45,172 bases of DNA from Octopus bimaculoides. Taxonomy: Eukaryota. The notes under the pieces were generated by a model. The model saw nothing but the letters and a program-made list of their open reading frames with translations. It was not told the origin of the DNA and did not search any database. Shown piece after piece: positions 24,120 to 36,150 of this stretch. Each line of letters starts with the position of its first letter. Positions within the stretch are counted from its first letter, which is position 1. Both the position numbers and the translations under genes were made by a program. The stretch lies in assembly GCF_001194135.2 (NCBI RefSeq), contig NC_068994.1:42398343-42443514 (forward strand). The letters are read 5' to 3'.

Positions 24120-24600
24120 CTTACTGTGCAACCACATGTTTCTGAGTTCAGTTTCACCTCATGGCACCTTGAACATGTGTCTTCTATGTGAGTCCTGGAC
24201 CAACCAGTGTTTTATGAGTCAATTTCATAGACAGAAACTGTGTGGAAGCCCATTGTGTGTGTGGTGTGTGTGTGTGTGTGCGCGTGTGTGTGTGTGTGTG
24301 TGTATATGCACACACATAATTACACCCCCATGCACACACACTTAAATACACATACACACACACACACATGCACACACATAATTACACCCCCATGCACACA
24401 CACTTAAATACACATACATGCACACAGACACACACATATGTATGTATGCATATATGTGTGCTTGTATCTTTGTGTTTGTCCCTACCTGCTACTTGACATC
24501 AAGTGTTGGTTTGTTTCCATCCTGTTACATAGCAGTTTGGCAAAAGAGATGATTCAGGAGGAGAGAGGGATTTTGGCAAGCATGGCTCATATAAGAATCA
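24120..24600 (+). mobile_element. Degenerate SINE family A with expanded internal microsatellite containing a 62-bp tandem duplication (24306 / 24368)
   Basis: Head CCACATGTTTCTGAGTTCAG...GGCACCTTG, tail TAGCAGTTTGGCAAAAGAGA; ATGCACACACATAATTACACCCCCATGCACACACACTTAAATACACATAC occurs twice. Confidence 0.8.
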
Positions 24601-24753
24601 GTATACTGAACCATTCTCAGCCAACAGAACTGGTGCACATGCATGTTGTATCAGAGTGAATTCTACTAATGGCACACAATGTCTAGATCATAGTATGAAA
24701 TCTAGACAATGGATTACATCAACCACCAAAGAATTGCTATAACAGTTACTACC

Positions 24754-24899
24754 TTATTTACATTATATACATTCGACGGATATTTGTCCTCATCTTGTTT
24801 ATTGTTAACACAATGTTTCAGCTGATATACCCTCCAGCCTTCTTCAGGTGTCTTGGGGAAATTTTGAACCTGGGTTCTTATTCCTAAGGTATCTTTCCA

Positions 24900-24945
<46 letters not shown>

Positions 24946-25113
24946 TATTAGTGTTCAGGTCACTGCTTGGAATCGGACTCGGAATCTTGGGGTTAGTAGC
25001 CCGCGCTCTTAACCACTATGCCATATGCCCGTGTTAACAACAAACAAGATGAGGGCAAATATCTGTCAAATGTAAATAATGTAAATAATGTAAATAATGT
25101 ACAGAATTTCTCA
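24754..25113 (-). mobile_element. Composite non-autonomous element: tRNA-like head + (AAT)n + hammerhead + tail, with an inverted copy of the tail abutting the head
   Basis: Minus strand: GGCATATGGCATAGTGGTTAAGAGCGCGGGCTACTAACCCCAAGATTCCGAGTCCGATTCC (A and B boxes, 25029-24969), then (AAT)n 24947-24902, hammerhead 24852-24807, and tail 24811-24754. Plus strand 25031-~25088 repeats that tail in inverted orientation. Confidence 0.75.
24807..24852 (-). ncRNA. Minimal type-I hammerhead ribozyme (Penelope-like-element type)
   Basis: GACAC-CTGAAGA-AGGCTG-GAGGGTATAT-CAGCT-GAAA-CA-TT-GTGTT. Both catalytic boxes (CUGANGA, GAAA) are intact, with stem I GACAC/GUGUU and stem II GCUG/CAGC. Predicted cleavage is between 24812 and 24811. 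Confidence 0.65.
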
Positions 25114-25854
25114 TCTCTTAAATATAGAACTGGAACAGTTACTACTGTTCTAACTATGGCTGAGGCTGAAACGTTTTTTTTGTTTTGTTTATTTATCTAT
25201 CTATTTGTTAACTGCAGGTCAGCTCTAATTGAGCAGACATCCAAGATATTTTGGGTCTGACCAGTCCAACCATTTCCTTGGTTAACTGTATTTAGCTGCA
25301 AAAAGTGTTTGTCATATCATAATAGTAACAATTTCGAATCATTGGCAGATTGTCATGAGGAGTTCTGAATTTGGGAAAAATTTGGCAAGGGGACGATATT
25401 AGGGACATTTGCCTTCTGTCTCATAGCAGCTCACTCATTGGCTCAGTTTTTTTTTTTTTTTTTTTTTTTTTTTTGTTGCTGTAGTTTAATCCTAGATCAA
25501 ATCCAATTGAGCAAATCTATAGCTAATGGATTGCCAATGCTAACTAACCTGTCTTTTTTCTATATCATTTTCTAAGTGTTTATGGAAATTTGACTATTAT
25601 TTCTAGCAGGTTGAATGACTATTTACAATGCCCACCATCGGCTGGTGGGTGACAATGTAGTTAGTGTTAAACTGAGTAGATAATTAGTAAGATATTGCAA
25701 AACAACAGAAGTCCCATGGTTAAATAAATTAACACCATCAAAACAATACAATTTCATTTCTAATAACCAAACCATTGCAGGGAATCTTGAGTTTTACTCT
25801 TTCCCATGTAAAGTAATTGTGCATTACACATTGTGTGCAAATATAAGTCAAGTG

Positions 25855-26100
25855 TACTTGGCTAAGTGGTTAGGGTGTTGCAAACACGATCTAATGATCA
25901 CGGTTCCATTTTCTGTACTGGGTGGTGCATTGTGTTCTTCAGCAAAACACTTAATTTCATGTGACTCTGTGATCACTTCAACAGCTGACTTGTGGTACAC
26001 ATGCACCTGTTCAGGTGACATTGATTTGATGATGGGAGTGCACTAATTAACAGCACATGAGTTTGTCCGCCATAAACAATTCATTTGTGCAGACTGCTCA
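25855..26100 (+). mobile_element. Degenerate SINE family D
   Basis: TTGGCTAAGTGGTTAGGG A box; TGTGTTCTTCAGCAAAACACTTAATTTCA motif. Confidence 0.65.
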
Positions 26101-27459
26101 GCAAAAAATAACAGTACTGTTTATCTTGGACTACAAGAGACTACCATCATATATCACTTACATAGCAACTTAAAATTTTAAAGAAACACTGTCAGATTGC
26201 CTTGAAGAATTCCAGAATGGGGAAAAAATTTTGCAATTTTAGAAAACTTTTAGCTGATGTCTATAAAATAGTTAATAAAAATATAAACTTGCATAACTAA
26301 TTAATTGTTTAGTAAAGCAACTTCCTGGGAAAAAGTTCTGATTTTCACTTGTAATAAAATTATCATTTGTTTCAATCAAATACAGGATTTTGCATAAGTA
26401 TCTTATCTAACACTACAAATGCAATGATATAACATGCATGGTACTCAGCTAAATTCAGTTATATGGTTCATCATTCATTTATTACTCCAGTGAGCAAACA
26501 CAAATACTACCTGCCTCCACATACTCACATACTGCAACCAGGCATTACGATAATATTTAACAGATTTTATTTTAAAAATACATAGTGAAGGTTTGTTTCA
26601 CAACCAAAATTCCCAAATGCTTTAAGAAAAACGTGTAGTCAATCAGAAAAAGAAATACATGGGTCCAACCAGCTATTTTTTGTTTCAACTCGGTTTTTCC
26701 TGATAAATGAAGACATATATTTCAATTTGATCTGATTAATGTACCAGTGATAAAAACTGTTACACATGTAAAATATCAACATTTTATTCTCTTAGCATTC
26801 TCAATAGATATATGTTGGTATTTGCCTGATAATATCTTCTCTCCTTCCAGCAGTTATCACTAGAGCTTATAACGAACAGATATTTATGGTAATTGCATTA
26901 ATATATCACACGGATCAAAACAACATCAACAACAACAATGACAACCACAACGATATCAACATAGATTATTTTTCTCTTTTTCCAGCCTTTTTCATTTATT
27001 TTTATATATTTGTTTCATTTTATTTATTTTTATATATTTGTTTCATTTTATTTATTTTTATATATTTGCTTCATTTTATTTATTTTATTTTATTTTATTT
27101 TATTCTATTTATTTATTCTGTAAATTTTATTGAGAATTTCAATGAAATAAACCATTGATGACTAAACTAAACCACAGACATCAAGGTAATATTTCAATAA
27201 GTAAAGAACATTGGATGTTCAATGACACATGTATTCAAATGTCAGATTGTATCTATCTGCCTTCTCTTCCAAGTATAAACAGACTCTAGTAGTTTAAACA
27301 TGCCTTCCTATACTGAATAAATGGAATAACTAAATGAGGAGACTAATCACTAAATGTAATTATTGCTGATCTGTGATGATTATTTTTAACTTAAGCTGAA
27401 ATGAAGTTTCACTGATTTGTACTTGTAAAGTACAAAGTTATCAATGTACTTCAGGCAGT

Positions 27460-27640
27460 GATTAGGCAGAGTGGTTGGAACATCAGTTAGACTACCTTGT
27501 GATATTCCTTTCAACTCGTTGTGTTCTAGTCTCAAATCCCATTGAGTTCAAGTTTATCTTTCATTCCTTCAGAGTTGGTAAATAAAGTGCCAGTCATTCA
27601 CTGGAGTTCATTTTGCTCTTCCTTGCTTTCTCTCATTACC
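27460..27640 (+). mobile_element. Degenerate SINE family B
   Basis: TCAAATCCCATTGAG...TTTATCTTTCATTCCTTCAGAGTTGGTAAATAAAGTGCCAG. Confidence 0.7.
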
Positions 27641-27859
27641 TTTCTTTCAGTAAGTAATCAGCTGCATTCAGACCCAGGAACAGATAGATTCTGTTGGGTT
27701 TTAAATTCCCCAGATGAACCATTTTATATGAAATTACTCCTAAAATTTTAGCTGGCGTTAAAAGGATTGCTTCAAAAATTTAGTGCTGAGTTTAGAAGCT
27801 AGTACACAGATTAATAGTAAAGAAAATAAGCACACTCTTTGACTAGGATTATTTGAAAT

Positions 27860-28087
27860 TAGTTGCCAGTACCACTTGACTGGCCTTCGTGCCAGTGGCA
27901 CATAAAAGCACCCACTATACTCTTGGAGTGGTTGGCGTTAGGAAGGGCATCCAGCTGTAGAAACTCTGCCAGATCAGATTGGAGCCTGGTGTAGCCAACT
28001 GGTTTCACCAGTCCTCAGTCAAATCATCCAGCCCATGCTAGCATGGAAAGCGGACGTTAAATGATGATGATGATGATGATGATGATA
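27860..28087 (+). mobile_element. SINE/LINE-tail family C, young copy with (GAT)n tail
   Basis: Nearly identical to 35085-35300. Confidence 0.9.
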
Positions 28088-28269
28088 CCAGAAGAAGAAA
28101 TGATGACCCTTTGACACACGTTAAAATAGCCCGTTTTGTAACCCTCATCTTACAACAACCTCAGCGTATATAATTGCCCTTTAAAAGTGTTTATTATGAT
28201 TGCCACTAAGCATATTGTCTGACCGTTAACATGTTAGATAAAATGTTTAATCACATTTCTTCTGGCTCA

Positions 28270-28430
28270 TTGCATTCTGAATACATATTTCACCAAGGTT
28301 GATGTCGACTTTACCTTTCATCATTTAAGTGTTGGAAAATAACTATCAATCAAGCATTGTGGGTGATGTAACCGGTCTCCTCTCCCCTCAAAAACTGTTG
28401 GCCTCGCACCAAAATTTGAAGCCATTATGT
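28270..28430 (-). mobile_element. SINE family B pieces (two segments in opposite order)
   Basis: CCAAGGTTGATGTCGACTTTACCTTTCATC and TTGGCCTCGCACCAAAATTTGAAGC motifs; strand refers to the plus-written head-proximal motif being ambiguous. Confidence 0.5.
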
Positions 28431-28639
28431 TTGAGAGACCCTGTTTATCTATTAATGGATAAGAGTTGTGTTGCTTGTAGGTTTCCATAGTCCCAGTCAT
28501 TGATTCAGTGCTTTTTACCAAGCAAGAGTTAACAAGGGTGTGTCTGTGTAGCTTGCAATGGAACAATGATCACAAAATATCTCTACTTGGAATTTTGTGT
28601 TTATTTTTCCTCACAAATATATTGAAGTTTTTTCAACCA

Positions 28640-28794
28640 CATGGTTTTGAGTTCATTCCCACTGTGTGGCACACCTAAAACAAGTGTTTTCTACTATAAC
28701 CCTGGGCCAATTAATGCTTTGTCAATGAATTTGGCAGATAGAAACTATGAAAGCCCATTGTATATATATATATTGTATGCGTGTGCATGCATGT

Positions 28795-28838
<44 letters not shown>

Positions 28839-28848
28839 NNNNNNNNNN

Positions 28849-28900
<52 letters not shown>

Positions 28901-29118
28901 CCTTTAAGTTTGTAATTTGTTCCCTTTCCACTGCTTGATGAACAGTATTGGTTTGTTTACATAGTCAAAAGAAAGCAGTTCTGCAAAAGAAACCAATAGA
29001 AAAAGTAGCAAACTTTAAAATGATAAGTACTGGAGTCGATTTGCTGGACCTGAATCTCTCAAGGTGGTGGCCAGAGCATGACCACGGTCCAGTGACTGAA
29101 ACTAATAGAAAATAAAAG
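28640..29118 (+). mobile_element. SINE family A with internal (TG)n (gap inside)
   Basis: CCACATGGTTTTGAGTTCATTCCCACTGTGTGGC head; CCAGTGACTGAAACTAATAG tail. Confidence 0.85.
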
Positions 29119-29577
29119 ATAAAAACACTACTTTACAAACTTTTTTTTCTTTTTCACCAATGTGTACATCTTTTACTGACACATAAACACACTCACACAC
29201 ATGCACACACATAAACACAAACACACACACACACATATGAACATACACAAACACAGAAATGCACACACACCTGCACATGCACATACACATGCACATATGC
29301 AGACGTAAACACACAGACATGTACATGCATATGTGCATATATAAACATATGCACTGCACATATGCACACACACCTACACATGCACACCCACCTTCACATG
29401 CACACATGGACACACACATACATGCATATGCACACATATGCCCTATTGTTCAATGGAAGTAGATTTGGAACTAAATGGCTGCAAAACAAATTTCTTAATT
29501 ATGTAGTTGTATCTTATTTTTATTTCATAGAACCATTCTTGAGTCTGACAAATCCATCTATAGAAGTATGTATATTG

Positions 29578-29712
29578 ATTTCAAATTTTGGCACAAAGCC
29601 AGCAATTTCAGCAGAAAGGATTAGTTAATTACATCGACGCCAGCACTTGAGTGATACTTATCAACCCTGAAAGGATGAAAAGCAAAGTTGACCTTGGTAG
29701 AATTTGAACTTG
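29578..29712 (-). mobile_element. SINE family B fragment
   Basis: TTCAAATTTTGGCACAAAGCCAGC...GGATGAAAAGCAAAGTTGACCTTGG. Confidence 0.85.
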
Positions 29713-29788
29713 TGTTCCTTCACAATCTTGTTCCCAAGTAGGTAGCTAGACAAAATTTATTCTAAATAAAAATGAGAAATAAATAAAT

Positions 29789-29820
<32 letters not shown>

Positions 29821-30134
29821 ACACACACATATACATATATACATACATATATATGTGTGATTGCATGTTTGTGAGTGTATAAGTGTTCTTGCTTATGTTT
29901 GTTTCGTTCAAACTGTTCAACAACCAACATTGGTTTATTTACAACCATATAACCTAGCATTTTAGCAAATAAACTTGATGAAATAGGTACTAAGCTTAAA
30001 AATATACCCTGGGATCACTTTGATCAACTAAAGCCATTAAGATGGGCCCCTGTAACCCTCAGCCCATGAACAGAAACCAGGAAGAAAACAATATAAGAAT
30101 ATAGTTAGTACAATAAGGAAAACAATAATGTCAG

Positions 30135-30495
30135 TTTTTACTTTAATCTTTGATTTGTTTCAGTCAATGGACAGTGGCCATGCTGGGGCACCTGAGCAAA
30201 TCAACACCAGTACTTATTTTACTAATTTCTTCTTTCAGTTTGGTACTTATTCAGTCAGGATCTTTAGCCAAGCCATTGTATTACTGGAATATAAACAAAC
30301 CAACACCAGTTATCAAGCAGTGGTGGGGAACAAGCACAAACACAAAGATATACAAACACACACACACTCATATATATATAGATGGGCTTCCACAGTTTCC
30401 ATCTTGCAAGTTCACTTGGGTCAGCCCAAAGCTATAGTAGAAATACACTTGCCCAAGGTACCACACAGCAGGACTGAACCCAAAACCATGTGACT
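30135..30495 (-). mobile_element. SINE family A (reverse orientation)
   Basis: ACACTTGCCCAAGGTACCACACAGCAGGACTGAACC is the reverse complement of the family A head and CORE motif. Confidence 0.85.
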
Positions 30496-30554
30496 TGCAA
30501 AGTGAGCTATATAACATGGTATATTCTTTTAAGGAAGGGCTCTAAAATCAGTGA

Positions 30555-30607
<53 letters not shown>

Positions 30608-30612
30608 CACTG

Positions 30613-30654
<42 letters not shown>

Positions 30655-30675
30655 TTACTACAACTACTGCTGCCA
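30555..30675. repeat. (CTA)n microsatellite
   Basis: Direct inspection; explains the poly-L and poly-V ORFs. Confidence 0.95.
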
Positions 30676-31620
30676 CTAAACCTATGGCTATAACACTAGG
30701 AGTAATCAAATGAACTAGTATGTGGTCTTCCCAGCTTGCTAGAAAGAGCAGCCAAATTTCCTGCACACACATACACAAACACACACACACTCACACACAC
30801 AATACACGTACACACATGCATGCACATGCACATACTCACATTACTACAATCTCAAAGAGGGTAAGGACACATTAGACAGTATGGTCCTAATTATAGCAGA
30901 AACTTGAATGTTCTCGACTGGAATGTCTTTGATCATTGAGTTCTTTTGACTCAATCAGGGCTAATGCAAGACCAAAGAACAACAACAGCAATAACAACAG
31001 CCTTCAATTAACACCATTACTTAAAAGACACTAGCCAATATCACTGCCTACATAATAGGGCCTTTAGAAATACACAAGAAAAATCAATGCTCCTCTACTC
31101 ACGAAACACTGAAAGCCAATATCTTAAGAAATCTATTCATAACATTTTCTTCAATACCAAATGTGAATGCCTTTTAGTTGTTGGAGCGACCATAGTAGAA
31201 ATGGCCATTATCTGTAAATCAGTTGGTCTTGGACAGATTTTTCATTCCTTTCTAATCACAAATCAGAAATATATCTCTTTGGCTGTCTTTATAAATGTTC
31301 AACCAACGACTGTTTGCATCCTATCAATTTACAAAGCAGACTAACGCATTAGCTTGGAAAACACAAAGAAACAACAACACCAACAACAACAACAATAACA
31401 ACGACAATGATGATGATAACGACGATGACAAAAACAATAACACCAATAATAAAAAGAACAAATAAATGAATAAATAAATAAATAAATAAATCAGCAACCA
31501 AAATGTGAAAAGATTTGCAAACAATATAAATGCTTCATAGTTTGATGGACAAAGATATTAATGGGATTTTTTATCAATATTTTTACCTAAGTATAGAAGA
31601 AATAAATATATGCACATGCA

Positions 31621-31668
<48 letters not shown>

Positions 31669-31721
31669 NNNNNNNNNNNNNNNNNNNNNNNNNNNNNNNN
31701 NNNNNNNNNNNNNNCCCACAC

Positions 31722-31757
<36 letters not shown>

Positions 31758-32321
31758 CATGCACACATATGAACATACAAGCATACAATATATACATACA
31801 TCCATACATACACATATACATGCTTATATACGTTTATATAGGTATGTGTATGCATATTTATTATAAGCTATTTCGAACAAAAACAAAGAAGGTCTGGCTC
31901 CATGGCCTGTCAAGGATTTTCTGCACATTTAAGTTTCTGGATATTAAATAGTGCGCATCAACTGGCGAAGACCATTCTTATAAATAACAAATAAAACAAC
32001 CTACAAAATATAATTTTGCAGTCTAACAATATCATATCGGTGCCTTCTACTTTATAGGTTTATTCCATCTCAAATGATAATGTTGATAATGTATGTCCAC
32101 ATACACACATACACATATATGTTTATACATATATGTGTTTGTTTGTAGAGAGAGAAGGAGAGACAGACAGACAGGTATAGATATGTATATGTGTGTGTAA
32201 ATATATATTTATATATATATGTGTGTGTGTGTATATATATATGTATATGTATATATGTATGTATGCGTATGCATACATAGTATGTAATTGTTTAAAACTT
32301 AGGTGTATATCTCCTCTTATT

Positions 32322-32357
<36 letters not shown>

Positions 32358-32394
32358 CTATGTATTTATGTATGTATGTACATGCACACACATG

Positions 32395-32426
<32 letters not shown>

Positions 32427-33319
32427 TATAAAGAGAGAGAGAGAGAGAGTGAGCAAAGATGATAATATTTCTTTAATGGAAGCCATATCCATTAACTGAA
32501 TTATAGCTGATAACGTTATCATCTACTATTGCATGATGTCCACATGAATTTACCTCACTTACTTCACTGTAAACTGTTTCGTTTTTCTCCCATGCCTTCG
32601 CATCATTTTTGATCAAGTGGTATAGAAGAAGAATCTCGAGAAAATTATTATAACTGAACTGAATTATCTTTAATAGGGGAAGCTGTCTTTTAAGAAATAT
32701 CTACATTAATTCTTAATTTAAAATTGATAAAATAATTTCTGTCAGAGGAAGAATATTCTTGGTATTTTATGTGAAGAAAGGTTCCATCATGTGGCATGAA
32801 TTGTTTTTATGTGGATTAGTTAACTCTTCTTTGCTTTTTGATCTTCTTTAAGAGAAAGCATAGAATCTCAACAAAGACCCATTTATACAAACTAATGGTC
32901 GCCTTCTAAATATTGCAGCTAACAAGACATATATCAGAGAAACGAAGTGAAATAAGATGAACAGATTACTAGGTGACTCAAAGTTATACAAATAGAATTT
33001 CATGATTTTTTCCCATGGAGCAAAAAATGCTTTAGGTTTCAATTCATGTATCAAAGGTGCATAGGAGAATTATAAACAACAGTATTTGGCTATAGTTAAG
33101 AAGATCATTTTCCTACCAAATGGCTTCAGGTTCAGTTCCAATGTATGTCCCTCTGAGAAAGTATTTTTAATTATAGAAGCCTCATAAGTGGGTTTGGCAG
33201 CTGGAAAAGGAAAGAAGCTGGCCATATACTCAAGATATAGAGTTTTCAAGAACAACTCAGCTCTTGTATTTTTTGTTTGCTTGTTTTTTCTGTTATTTCT
33301 CTTTCTTTTGCCAAGAGCT

Positions 33320-33505
33320 GGCAAGTGACCTACTGCTATGAATGCAAAAAAACACAGCCATATTTGAGCAAGTCATCCAAACACAATGTACGTAGCTCAA
33401 CTCACCAGAGACACTGGATGCCTCTCCAGAGACCTTCCTCAACTAATGCAAAACCTGAGATGAATGGCATGCATGGATTACAAATGTCCAAGCGAGCTTG
33501 ACCAG
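33320..33505 (+). pseudogene. Decayed C-terminus of an RTE-like LINE ORF
   Basis: With one frameshift it reads ...QLTRDTGCLSRDLPQLMQN/RDEWHAWITNVQAS, resembling the W-containing end of RTE-type ORFs, and is followed by a (CAA)n-type tail. Confidence 0.45.
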
Positions 33506-33564
33506 ATTATGATAATGTTGAACAACAGTAACAACAACATGGAAAACAGCAACAACAATAACAA

Positions 33565-33740
33565 CGGTTTCAAATTTTGGCACAAGGCCACTAAATTTTA
33601 GCATGAGTGGCTCAGTCCATTACATTGATACCAATGCTCAGTTAGTACTTATTGATTCCAAAAGGATAAAAGCAATGTAGATCTTGATGAAATTTGAACT
33701 CAAAATGTAAAGAGCCAGAAAACGTGCCACAGAGCATTTT
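33565..33740 (-). mobile_element. SINE family B fragment
   Basis: TTTCAAATTTTGGCACAAGGCCA...AAAGGATAAAAGCAATGTAG...AAATTTGAACTCAAAATG. Confidence 0.8.
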
Positions 33741-33829
33741 TTTTCTCCTCTAGTTTCAGCTCAGAGCTGCGGCCATGCTGATGCACCACCGTTAAAATTG
33801 TGAGCTGTCCACTTTATAATAATAATAAC

Positions 33830-34147
33830 AACAAGAGCACTCATAGAGCGCAAACCTTTGCCAAGGCAATACCAACGTCCTCTCAATGATTAGCCATAGA
33901 TGATTTTTAAAATTAGAATATCTGAAATAAACTCAACTACTCTCTCACAAAAGAGAATACTAAAATAAACCTGACTGCTCTCAAAAATTAAGTAAAAGAA
34001 CCGGAAAAATAATCCAGAATCCTTGTCCAGTACCAGATCGATCCCAAAATCTAATCCATTCATGCCAGTCACAAGGCCAAACATCCCTGAAAGTTTCATC
34101 TGAACCTACCCAGTGGTTCTTGAGATATCTTGTCCAAGGACAAACAA
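33830..34147. mobile_element. Interspersed non-autonomous repeat, possibly DINE-1/Helentron-like
   Basis: Motif GAAAGTTTCATCTGAAC...CAGTGGTTCTTGAGATATC...GGACAAACAA resembles DINE-1-like elements as I recall them; the class is not verified. Confidence 0.35.
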
Positions 34148-34214
34148 TGTAGTATATCACCTTAAATCAAGAGAAAGCAAAGAGAGTTGTACAAAAAGGA
34201 TTTGAATTAGAACA

Positions 34215-34815
34215 ATGTTCAATGCTAGGCTTAGTGTTTCACAAAGGTTTGATTTGAGAGAGATAAACTAAGTCATATTGCATAAACATTAAAGTTTGCA
34301 ATGTCTACAGTGGGAACAATATCTGGAAATAAAGGCAAAATTAAGTCAAGTACTCAAACAGCTATTCTGTTACCAGCCTAAACATTGTTTTTATAGATTT
34401 GTTGTGGTGATTAATATGGAAGAGTTTCTGAGTATGTGAATCAATGATTTGACTGGATGTAATGTGATGTTAAACATGATGTCTATTCAAGCGAAAATTA
34501 AAAGTTTGTTTAATGATTTTCAAAGGAGGAAATTGCAATTACTGATGCAAATCATTTTGAGCCAGTACATGCAAGGTTTAAAAAATGCCTTAATTTATGC
34601 AATTTTAGAACAACTGGCAAAGCTCCTTCGCCTGATACAGAATCTGCTATTAATTATCCTGAAAAGATAAAGAGAATTATTGCTGAAGAAGACTGTGCAC
34701 CAGAACAAGTGTACCAAGTTGATAAAAATGGGAGCAATTGCTTGCAAAGACTTGAATTTTTTCTGGCAAAAAATCAGCACCAAGCTTTAAAGCTTTCAAA
34801 GAATCACCTCCTGCA
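34215..34815 (+). pseudogene. pogo/Tigger (CENP-B-like) transposase, N-terminal part
   Basis: LSHIA*TLKFAMSTVGTI (HTH), IQAKIKSLFNDF, ARFKKCLNLCNFRTTGKAPSPDTESAINYPEKIKRIIAEEDCAPEQVYQVDKNG (cf. Tigger PEQVFNxDETG), KKSAPSFKAFK. Confidence 0.85.
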
Positions 34816-35300
34816 TTCTGTGAGAAGAAATCGAAATCGTGTAGGCACCTGTATCCGTGGAGTGCTAAGAGCACCGTCCAAGTGTGATCATTGCCAGAGC
34901 AGCTGTCTGGCTTCCGTGCCAGTGACATGTAAATAGCACCATTTGAGCGTGATCGTTATCAGCGTTGCCTTACTGGCACTTGTGCCGGTGGCATGAGAAA
35001 AAACATTTGAGTGAGATCATTGCCAGAGCCACTGGGCTGGCTCTTGTGCAGGTGGCACGTAAAATACACCATTTTGATCATGGCTGTTACCAGTACCGCT
35101 TGACTGGCCTTCGTATCGGTGGCACGTAAAAGCACCCACTACACTCTCGGAGTGGTTGGCATTAGGAAGGGCATCCAGCTGTAGAAACTCTGCCAAATCA
35201 CATTGGAGCCTGGTGTAGCCATCTGGTTCACCAGTCCTCAGTCAAATCGTCCAACACATGCTAGCATGGAAAGCAGATGTTAAACGACAATGATGATGAA
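34816..35300 (+). mobile_element. Family C element with four ~65-bp internal subunits, inserted into the Tigger-like transposase
   Basis: GTGCCxGTGGCACGTAAAAxCACC-type motif at 34916, 34982, 35046 and 35113; the 3' part matches 27860-28087; GAT tail. Confidence 0.88.
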
Positions 35301-35339
35301 ACATTACTAATGATATTAAAGTTCTATTCACACATCACT

Positions 35340-36150
35340 CTGAAAATACAAGAGATTTCTAGGCCTACGCTAAGTTTAATCTGCCTGTGATATGGCATCC
35401 AAATAAGGAGGCATGGATGACTGCAAATCTTTTCCATAATTTATGAAAAGTTTCATCCCACTGTTACAGTGTTAGATGTAGTTTTCCCAACAAAACAAAT
35501 GATCTTTTCAGGCAATGATCCAGGTCATCCAATGAACTTGATTGATCAGCCTGATAAGAGTGGAATATATCTGCAAGAATGCAAAGTTTTGCTGTAGTAT
35601 AATAATTGAAGCATAATAGTTAATTTGAAGGTATACTACCTGCAACTTACTTTGAAACAATTGATGAAAGCAGTTGGTGAGGAGGAAGTTGGAGACTTCT
35701 GGAAAATGTTGAGCGTTAATAATAATGGAAACTGAGAACTGCAGACAAAACTTAGGATGAAATGAAATTCTTCCACTAGGAATGGTGTTTGGAGAAAGCA
35801 TAAACTCACACTATATCTATGATTTATAGATTTTCCTCCAGCAAGATGTTCAATACCGGCAGATAATGTCAGGTTTGAAAAAGTCATGGAAGATGGTGCT
35901 AGACTCCCTTGAAGAAAGCTTGTCAATAGAGAATGGGCTACTGTGAGAACAGGAGTGAGATGCAGGGCAAGAAGAGTGTATTGATGTTCCATTCACTAAA
36001 CTACATTTCATTGTTATATCAGGTGGTAGCACAATCTTCCACTGTTTCAGGAGATACTTTTTGAAATAGTCTCGTATAGTAAAATTGCTTGATCTGGCAT
36101 TCCAAGTGTTTGTAGATTTATTGAAGTCATTTACTTTTTTAGCATGAGGC
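35340..36150 (+). pseudogene. pogo/Tigger transposase, DDE and C-terminal part
   Basis: NLPVIWHPNKEAWMTANLFH, SGNDPGHP (cf. LDNAPGHP), IVNLKVYYLQLTLKQLMKAVGEEEVGDFWKM, NGVWRK; many stops and frameshifts. Confidence 0.8.

Noticed and set aside
24961-25029. tRNA gene on the minus strand
   Set aside because: It has A/B boxes but I could not build a full cloverleaf with an acceptor stem; it is the head of a repeat.
33277-33501. 74-aa ORF after a strong pyrimidine tract as a host exon
   Set aside because: A different frame fits a decayed RTE-like C-terminus better.
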